In this document: piece by piece, positions 55,001 to 61,327 of the stretch
Layout: each line of letters begins with the position of its first letter
Position numbering within the stretch: the first letter of the stretch is position 1
From: an uncultured Elusimicrobia bacterium
Lineage (GTDB): Bacteria > Elusimicrobiota > Elusimicrobia > 2-01-FULL-59-12
DNA: 64,000 bases
NCBI GenBank assembly: GCA_963702895.1
Contig: OY969767.1
Span: forward strand, 2,144,001-2,208,000
Direction: 5' to 3'
Notes under the pieces: generated by a model
Told to the model about the DNA's origin: nothing
Databases searched by the model: none
What the model saw: the letters and a program-made list of their open reading frames with translations, nothing else
Translations under genes and position numbers: made by a program

Positions 55001-56369
55001 TGGCGGACGTGACCGTCGTGAGCGGACCACCTGCATTTCGTGCGGGTGAGCCAGACTGAAGCGTAAAATCTCGAGTTGCCGCATTGGTCACTAATGGATT
55101 CGTATTCCGGAGAGAATGCGCTTCGGCGTTGATTGTACTCGCGTAATTGATCGATCCGCCTATATCGTAAAAAATATTGTAGTCATGCACGGCGGGAGTA
55201 TCATCATAGACACCGACTGGATTCGTCCCTGGCCACCACGCTTGGTGCCAGATATTGTTCAAGACCCCTCGGCCAGCCGCGACGTTACTACCACGGTCAT
55301 AAGTGACATAATGCGAGGCATATGCGATGGTTTCGTGATAAATTTTGAGGAAAGCCTGTCCGTCCGCAAGCCCAAAACACTGCCCGCCTGCGTTGCCATT
55401 ACTGGACCAGACGTTTCGCCGGAATATCGTATAGGCGTCCAAGCTGGCTGAATTGGTTTCGATATTGGTACAGTGATGTTCACTTCCGGACTCATCGGCG
55501 TAGAAATTCCCCTCATACAGTGAGTGGCCCAAGCCAATAGAATCCTGACCGGATTGAATGAAATCGGTATGAGATGAAGGAGCCGCATTCACATTATGGC
55601 TATAGTTGTTCAGTAGCCTATTTCTTTGCCCAAAGAGATAGATGAAGTCAACCTCGGGGGTGTCGGATTCGTTATAGGCAATGACGTTGCTGTTGCCACG
55701 AACCTGAAAATCTTTGAATGCGGAATGCTTAATCACATTGCCGATAAAGAGACAGTTGTTGGATTGGTATAGCCTAGCTCCGTTGTCCGTTCTTATGGAA
55801 TCTCCTTCAAAGTTCTGTATGGTGTTATTCCATATCTCAACATAATCAGCATTTTGCAGGTAGATCCCATCGTTTCTGGTATTTCCGCCTTCGACGATAA
55901 AACCTATCACTCGAATCCAATCGCCAGTAATGACCCATCCGAAATTCGTCACAGACCCATCAGCCACGAAGGTGATGTAGTTTCCGGCAGACCCCGAGCT
56001 ACTGGCCGTGACTACCTCTGCGTAAGTGCCCGCCTGCACCCGGATCACATCTCCCGCCGCGACGTGATCGGCCGCCCAGTCGATGGTCCGCCACGCCCCG
56101 CCCGAGGTGTTCGTCAATCCGGTGTTGGTGTTGTTCCCATCGGCGCGGACATAATAGGTGGCCGCTTGCGCCGCCGGAGCAGCCAGCATCAAGAGAAGGA
56201 CGTATCGGAGTAACGGGGTAACGGTGTATCGGAGTAACGGCACGACGGCAGCGAGCAGCACAAAGCGAACAGCGCACAGAGCACAGCGTGCGGCATCACG
56301 TTCTCCGCTGTTCGCTCTTCTCTGTTCGCTCTGCGCTGCCGTTGTGTTGATGCGCTGATAACGACTCAC
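52020..56369 (-). CDS. Secreted protein: beta-helix, FN3, beta-helix, Pro linker, Ig-like domain, CTD; array gene 3
   Basis: ATYYVRADGNN, DTTPPSVPTGL FN3, RPQGTAWDIGAYEY, CTD. Confidence 0.82.
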   Translation of the reverse strand: MSRYQRINTTAAQSEQRRANSGERDAARCALCAVRFVLLAAVVPLLRYTVTPLLRYVLLLMLAAPAAQAATYYVRADGNNTNTGLTNTSGGAWRTIDWAADHVAAGDVIRVQAGTYAEVVTASSSGSAGNYITFVADGSVTNFGWVITGDWIRVIGFIVEGGNTRNDGIYLQNADYVEIWNNTIQNFEGDSIRTDNGARLYQSNNCLFIGNVIKHSAFKDFQVRGNSNVIAYNESDTPEVDFIYLFGQRNRLLNNYSHNVNAAPSSHTDFIQSGQDSIGLGHSLYEGNFYADESGSEHHCTNIETNSASLDAYTIFRRNVWSSNGNAGGQCFGLADGQAFLKIYHETIAYASHYVTYDRGSNVAAGRGVLNNIWHQAWWPGTNPVGVYDDTPAVHDYNIFYDIGGSINYASTINAEAHSLRNTNPLVTNAATRDFTLQSGSPARNAGGPLTTVTSANNTGTTFMVGDASYFSDDDTTITQYGGNVVVGDTITVGTDVVTVVSISGNAITVTPSFTWANGEAVYFGHDATPDIGAYPYKAGGYTLSATYSQSGGLVTVTPSDTELVRFVVCYEDGIPTTVDNASPYTCSVGGGALGVRVYPLYASKTLYVAATSGAPPPPDTTPPSVPTGLAAVAVSSTAINLSWTASTDAVGVAGYGIYRNGVWISSVTSGTSYISTGLVPSTSYSYRVTAYDAAGNVSALSAAASATTFGSTATEGTEYFIDYARTTSGDGSAANPWKRRGDINWTLIKSALQVGPVTLYFSSRATWNDDQYLTIPVGTSANAERPLRLDGQSKYNTAISGTAVWQTETVPGNRATLTHAGGGGGTISVHNDNAFITIRGFQLIRPSWGGVALGTANPTRNIYDVLVENNIVDTPVNNHGIWFGYAEDGCYNITVRDNVISNTPLEGIYMGHYNYLADTITGTVVEGNTVINAGTAGEGDIDIKPGNFGAIVRNNIVYAGATGGVLAGIVVAASDVQVYGNELYSLQPRDVGDGGHGIMINADGDGAGNGKTLNNILVYNNLIHGNAQQGIQVFATAAGATISNLQILNNTIVSNTRTGFRASASGGRTITISKLQNNILSKNGRYSIDLSGGVNVVSLDYNHHEGASALVRYRDADKTWSEWRALGFDAHGLNVDPRLDGSYKPLAGSPVIDAGSVQSEFATDKEGVSRPQGTAWDIGAYEYCPSGSCPIVVPPPPPPPPPPPPPGGLATPTLNLPAYLPVNAEVRAGYGGSVAPAYFSWTFTSMVGPASRVSSPASQVSSPESRVSSPASQVSSPGFRVPSPAPTAVDVGRETQDARHGTLSAGHAPSASFTTASTVASLAAQNLDLGTYLVTVTAHDASGSASSPASAQVTLVSANLDQVRVYPNPWRSDRHAARSVTFDSLTIDTEIKIFTVSGHHVKTLPTSSSSVTWDLTNESGDRVASGIYVYHLKADGGAKKTGQVVVIR

Positions 56370-59300
56370 TTAATCACCACCACTTTCCCCGTCTTTTTGG
56401 CTCCGCCTTCCGCCTTCAGGTGATAGACATAGATCCCCGAGGCCACCCGGTCGCCGCTCTCATTGGTCAGGTCCCAGGTGATGGAGCTGCTTGAGGTGGG
56501 CAGCGTCTTCACGTGATGCCCCGAGACCGTGAAGATCTTGATCTCGGTATCGACCGTGAGTTGGTCAAAGGTGACTGACCTTGTGCTGTGCCGGTCGCTG
56601 CGCCAGGGGTTGGGATAAACACGGACCTGATCGAGATTGGCCGAGACGAGCGTCACCTGCGCCGATGCCGGTGAAGAGGCGCTGCCAGAGGCGTCATGGG
56701 CCGTGACGGTCACAAGGTATGTTCCCAGGTCAAGGTTCTGCGCGGCGAGGCTTGCGACCGTTGAAGCCGTGGTGAAAGAGGCGCTTGGAGCATGTCCCGC
56801 ACTTAGCGTCCCGTGTCTCGCGTCTGGCGTCTCGCGTCCGACGTCAACCGCTGTCGGTGCTGGACTCGGGACCCGGGACCCGGGACTCGAGACTTGTGAC
56901 GCGGGACTCGAGACTCGGGACTCGGGACTCGAGACTTGCGACGCGGGACTCGAGACTCGGGACGCGGGACCCACCATCGACGTAAACGTCCAACTGAAAT
57001 ACGCCGGCGCCACAGACCCGCCGTAGCCGGCGCGCACTTCGGCGTTGACCGGCAGATAGTCAGGAAGATTGAGCGTCGGCCTGGACAGGCCGCTGGGTGG
57101 AGGAGGCGAAGACGGCGCCTGCGTCGTAGCGCTTGCCGCGACCGACAGCGCCGAGACATTCCCGGCCGCATCATAAGCCGTCACGCGGTAGCTGTAAGAC
57201 GTCGAAGACACAAGGCCCGTGCTTATATAGGAAGTCCCACTGGTGACGCTCGAGATCCAGACCCCATTGCGATAAATACCGTAGCCTGCCACCCCGACCG
57301 CATCAGTCGAGGCGGTCCAAGAAAGATTGATCGCTGTCGAAGAAACGGCCACCGCCGCGAGGCCCGTCGGCACCGATGGCGGGGTCGTGTCCGGAGGCGG
57401 GGTGCTGGTCGTGTATTCATAGGCTCCGACGTCAGGAGCACTGCCGTAAAGCACCCTCATGCCATCTGATTTCCTGTAGAGCCACACAGAATCGCCGTCA
57501 TTGCGGCTGATGCTGTTGGCCAGGGTCAGCGTATGGGTGAGATAGTCTATGGCTAAAATCTGCCCTGTATTGGCCGCCGATCCTACAGCGATCCAGTCCG
57601 CGTTCGTGCCTGCCCAGCCCGGCTGAAAATACCCGGCATCCTGGAGGATCAGCGTCGTTCCCGATCCGCCGTCCGAAGTGGCCACCGTCGTGAGGGCAGC
57701 TCCGGCATCAATGGCGGGGGAAGTCGCTTGGAGAGTGCCGTTCGAAGGATAGTTGGCGAGGAGAGGGTTCCTGTTCTTCAAGGTGTTATAGGTCGCTTCC
57801 ATGCTGATCGGACCCATCCACTCCCCAGTGTACCCGTCCGCATACGGGAGATTGCCGTTGGATTCCTGAGTTCCTGACCCCCCGGTGTAGATCGGCCAGC
57901 GATTCAGCGTGCTGATCGTGTTGTAGCAGAGGTTGTTCTTGGCACGGCTGTAAGGCGAGTTCGCGGGCATCATCATGCAGCTGAGGTCCGAGGAGGATGG
58001 CCCACCGGCCGAAATGGTGTTGCTGAAGAGATAGTACCGGCTCTGATTGGTGCATGGCACACAGATCCCCGGCGCGGCGAGATCTTGGACGTTGTGGGTG
58101 TAGTTGTATCGCATGATGATGTTCCGTTGCGCCCCATAACTCCCAGACTCCAGCCACGTAAAATGGGAGTTGCCGGTCGGATCGAGCGCGTTCCGAAAGA
58201 CATTGCCCTCGATCAGACTCTCAATGATCTCCGTCGGCCCATTGTGGATGCCATCCATGTGCGCGGGGGACTGAACGCCGGTTTCGTCCGCGTCCATGTC
58301 ATGCAGGACATTATTCCGGATGACGGAGTGGTTCCCACCCCAGTTGATGGCGTCATCGGTCGTATGCGAGATGTCGTTCCCTTCAATCAGCGTGTTGTCG
58401 CCATAGCTCGCAATCCCCCAGGCTGTCCCATTGGACTCCAGGAGATAGTACCACCCGCATCGTGTGATGACGTTGTTTCGGATGATGGCGTGATGCGAAC
58501 GGGAGCCGCTCGCCGGATTGAAGCGGACGCAGGTGTTGCGCTCCGCCGTGATGGAGTTATTCTCCACCGTGACACCGATGGCAGAATTCACGTCCACGCC
58601 GATGGATGACGTACTGCCGGTGTGGATCGTGAACCCCGAAATCGTGAGGTAGGGATGGGTGATGGAGAACCCCCGCACCGTGGGCCTCTGTCCCGTTGCC
58701 GCGGCGATGCTGATGCGAGCGCTGTTCGAGGTGCCGCCGCGCACTGAAGACACGCGCTCGTTGTAAGTCCCGTCATAAACCTCGCAGGTCTGCCCCGCTT
58801 GTGCCGCGTTCACGCAGGCCTGAATCGTCGTGAAGTGGCCGGAGCCATCGGGTTTAACCGTATAGGTGTCCGGTGGCGGGGACACCCCAGGCGTTGCGGC
58901 GACGTAGAGAGTTTTGCTCGCGTAAAGCGGGTAAACCCTCACCTCGAGCGCTCCGCCGCCCACAGGGCAAGCATAAGGACTGGTGTGATCGACCGTGGTC
59001 GGTATGCCGTCTTCATAGCACACCACAAAACGAACCAGCCCCGCGTCGGAAGGCGTGACGGTCACGACCCCGCCGGATTGAGAATAGGTCGCGCTCAGCG
59101 TGTACCCGCCCGCCTTGTAGGGATAGGCTCCAATGTCCGGAGTCGTTGTAGAACCATAGTAGACAGGTTCGCCGTTGGCCCAGGTAAACGGCGACGTGAC
59201 GGTGATGGCATCCCCGGCAACGCTGGCGATGGTGACGACATCGTTGCCAACCGTGATGGTGTCGCCGACAATGAGGTTCCCACCGTACTGGGAGAGGTTC

Positions 59301-61327
59301 GTGTTGTCACCCCGGAAGAACCCCCCTCCAGGGGTCGCTACGTTGAAGGTCGTCCCCGTTCCGCTGCCGCTCACCGTTGTAAGCGGTCCGGCCTTGCCGA
59401 TGGCCCCGGAACCAGCGCCCAGGGTGAAGTCATCCGTGGCGAAATTGACGAATCGCGGGTTGACGTTCGACTGTTCATGGGCTTGCATCGTCCACATCGA
59501 CGCAAAAGAAACAGGGCCATCGGGGTCATACGCAAGGTTGTAGTCGGACGTCAGCCCGCCCGTCACATAAAAGACTTCTAAGTTGGAGGTGGCACTGTCC
59601 CCCCAGCTTTGATATTCGAGATTGTTCAAGATGAAGCCGTCGGACGTCATCGGTCCGTACCAGCACACCCCGTATCGCGTCGTGGGGGAGTTGCGGGAAG
59701 CGCCAGCGGTCGTGTTGTTGTAATAGCGCGTGAAACTGACGGGTCCAACACTGGTTTGATTAATACCCACCGTTGCTTGGCTGACGTTATGCCAGACGTT
59801 GCGGCGGAAGATATTTTCCGTCATAGGGCCGCAGGCACCGGTGCAATTCCCTGGTTGGCCGTGACTGATCTGGGCCGTATGTTCATCCCCGGCGTTGCCG
59901 ACACCCACTTGGAAGTGGCCCTCAATCAAACTGTTGCTCCAGCCCCGATTGTTTGAGCCGGTCTGAAAAACATCGGAATGACCACCCGAGGCTTCACTGA
60001 AATCGTGCGTATAATTTCCAATCCATCGGTTATGGGAGCCCATGATCAAGAATCCATCAGGGTGGGAATTATAAACTTCGTTATAGGCGATGAAATTATT
60101 GTCACCCCAGGTGCCGACGGCCATGCCGGAACCGTTGCCGATGCCAAAATTCGCGAAGGTGTTGCCGATGATGAGGCTATTATTAATCACTCCGCTGCAG
60201 CCGTAGCCGCATCGGATGCCATTACCTAGCCCATTTCTGATGGTGTTGTTCCAAAACTCTAAATAGCTTACGGTACCGCATATCAAAACAACCCCACTTT
60301 GGAGACTGCACGAGCCTGCATCCGAATCCATGGAAAAGCCAATGACGCGAATGAAATTGTTGCCGGTAAAATCAAACCCGCAGACCGTGACGGCTCCGTC
60401 AGCCATGAACGTAACGGTGTTCGACACGGATGTCCCATTCACCCCCGGCGTAACGCGCTCTTCATACGTGCCAGGCTGAACGCGGACGACATCGCCCGCT
60501 CTGACGTGATCCGCCGCCCAGTCGATGCTACGCCACGCCCCGCCAGTTGTGTTCGACGTCCCGGGGTTGCCATTGTTCCCGTCGGTCCGGACATAGTAGG
60601 TCGCCGCCTGCGCCTTGGATAGGACTAAAATAAAGACTAAAATCAGACCTAATATAGTCTTGAAATAAGACCTCTTGTAGTCTATAATCGGTTCAGGAGG
60701 TCTCATGAGAATCATCCAATTCGCAAAAGACATTGTCCCAATCGGAGCCTTCAAGGCGCAGGCCGCGGCGTGGCTGAGTCGTCTTCGGGAAACCGGACAT
60801 TTGGTCGTCATCACACAGAATGGTAAACCGGCAGGGATTCTTCTTTCCCCGTCGGAGTTTGATCGGATCCAGGAGAAAGAGCGATTTTTAGAGTCTGTGG
60901 CCAAAGGCCTTGCAGACGCTGAAGCCAACCGGGTCATGAGCAGCTCAGAGCTCAAGCGACGACTTGGCGCGTGGCGGCAAGCGAAAAAGGCTTCGTGAGG
61001 GTTGTTTGGACGGAGCAGGCGCTGGAGCGGCTCCAGGAAATTGAAGATTTTATCTCTCAAGATTCTCCCGAACGAGCGGACCGTTTTATCACCCGCTTGA
61101 TCGAACGCGGCGATGCCGTCGCCTCTTTTCCCAGCACGGGACGCCAAGTCCCTGAGTTGGGATTGGGCTCGATCAGAGAAGTTCTCGAAGGCAACTACCG
61201 CCTTGTGTATCGCATCACTCCGGTGCGCATTGAAGTCCTGACTGTTTTCGAGGGCCACCGGCAGCTGCCGCTCAGCGACATCACGCCGCAAACGTAACCC
61301 GCTCATCACTTTACGGTTGTCTCGCAT
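56366..61327 (-). CDS. Secreted protein: two beta-helices, FN3, Ig-like domain, CTD; array gene 2 (start either 61327 or 60706)
   Basis: Open frame from the ATG abutting the upstream stop; signal peptide ILGLILVFILVLSKAQA near 60606-60655. Confidence 0.8.
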   Translation of the reverse strand: MRDNRKVMSGLRLRRDVAERQLPVALENSQDFNAHRSDAIHKAVVAFENFSDRAQSQLRDLASRAGKRGDGIAAFDQAGDKTVRSFGRILRDKIFNFLEPLQRLLRPNNPHEAFFACRHAPSRRLSSELLMTRLASASARPLATDSKNRSFSWIRSNSDGERRIPAGLPFCVMTTKCPVSRRRLSHAAACALKAPIGTMSFANWMILMRPPEPIIDYKRSYFKTILGLILVFILVLSKAQAATYYVRTDGNNGNPGTSNTTGGAWRSIDWAADHVRAGDVVRVQPGTYEERVTPGVNGTSVSNTVTFMADGAVTVCGFDFTGNNFIRVIGFSMDSDAGSCSLQSGVVLICGTVSYLEFWNNTIRNGLGNGIRCGYGCSGVINNSLIIGNTFANFGIGNGSGMAVGTWGDNNFIAYNEVYNSHPDGFLIMGSHNRWIGNYTHDFSEASGGHSDVFQTGSNNRGWSNSLIEGHFQVGVGNAGDEHTAQISHGQPGNCTGACGPMTENIFRRNVWHNVSQATVGINQTSVGPVSFTRYYNNTTAGASRNSPTTRYGVCWYGPMTSDGFILNNLEYQSWGDSATSNLEVFYVTGGLTSDYNLAYDPDGPVSFASMWTMQAHEQSNVNPRFVNFATDDFTLGAGSGAIGKAGPLTTVSGSGTGTTFNVATPGGGFFRGDNTNLSQYGGNLIVGDTITVGNDVVTIASVAGDAITVTSPFTWANGEPVYYGSTTTPDIGAYPYKAGGYTLSATYSQSGGVVTVTPSDAGLVRFVVCYEDGIPTTVDHTSPYACPVGGGALEVRVYPLYASKTLYVAATPGVSPPPDTYTVKPDGSGHFTTIQACVNAAQAGQTCEVYDGTYNERVSSVRGGTSNSARISIAAATGQRPTVRGFSITHPYLTISGFTIHTGSTSSIGVDVNSAIGVTVENNSITAERNTCVRFNPASGSRSHHAIIRNNVITRCGWYYLLESNGTAWGIASYGDNTLIEGNDISHTTDDAINWGGNHSVIRNNVLHDMDADETGVQSPAHMDGIHNGPTEIIESLIEGNVFRNALDPTGNSHFTWLESGSYGAQRNIIMRYNYTHNVQDLAAPGICVPCTNQSRYYLFSNTISAGGPSSSDLSCMMMPANSPYSRAKNNLCYNTISTLNRWPIYTGGSGTQESNGNLPYADGYTGEWMGPISMEATYNTLKNRNPLLANYPSNGTLQATSPAIDAGAALTTVATSDGGSGTTLILQDAGYFQPGWAGTNADWIAVGSAANTGQILAIDYLTHTLTLANSISRNDGDSVWLYRKSDGMRVLYGSAPDVGAYEYTTSTPPPDTTPPSVPTGLAAVAVSSTAINLSWTASTDAVGVAGYGIYRNGVWISSVTSGTSYISTGLVSSTSYSYRVTAYDAAGNVSALSVAASATTQAPSSPPPPSGLSRPTLNLPDYLPVNAEVRAGYGGSVAPAYFSWTFTSMVGPASRVSSPASQVSSPESRVSSPASQVSSPGSRVPSPAPTAVDVGRETPDARHGTLSAGHAPSASFTTASTVASLAAQNLDLGTYLVTVTAHDASGSASSPASAQVTLVSANLDQVRVYPNPWRSDRHSTRSVTFDQLTVDTEIKIFTVSGHHVKTLPTSSSSITWDLTNESGDRVASGIYVYHLKAEGGAKKTGKVVVIK
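60660..60688 (+). promoter_or_regulatory. Sigma70 promoter of the TA operon with AGAC-N8-GTCT operator-like palindromes
   Basis: TTGAAA-N17-TATAAT; agacctaatatagtct and agacctcttgtagtct; AGGAGG RBS. Confidence 0.75.
60705..60998 (+). CDS. Phd/YefM family antitoxin
   Basis: DIVPIGAFKAQA, LVVITQNGKPAGILLSP.EFD. Confidence 0.9.
   Translation: MRIIQFAKDIVPIGAFKAQAAAWLSRLRETGHLVVITQNGKPAGILLSPSEFDRIQEKERFLESVAKGLADAEANRVMSSSELKRRLGAWRQAKKAS
60995..61297 (+). CDS. RelE/ParE family toxin
   Basis: VVWTEQALERLQEI.DFI..DSP, FP..GRQVPE, REV..GNYRLVYR; GTGA overlap with antitoxin. Confidence 0.9.
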   Translation: MRVVWTEQALERLQEIEDFISQDSPERADRFITRLIERGDAVASFPSTGRQVPELGLGSIREVLEGNYRLVYRITPVRIEVLTVFEGHRQLPLSDITPQT

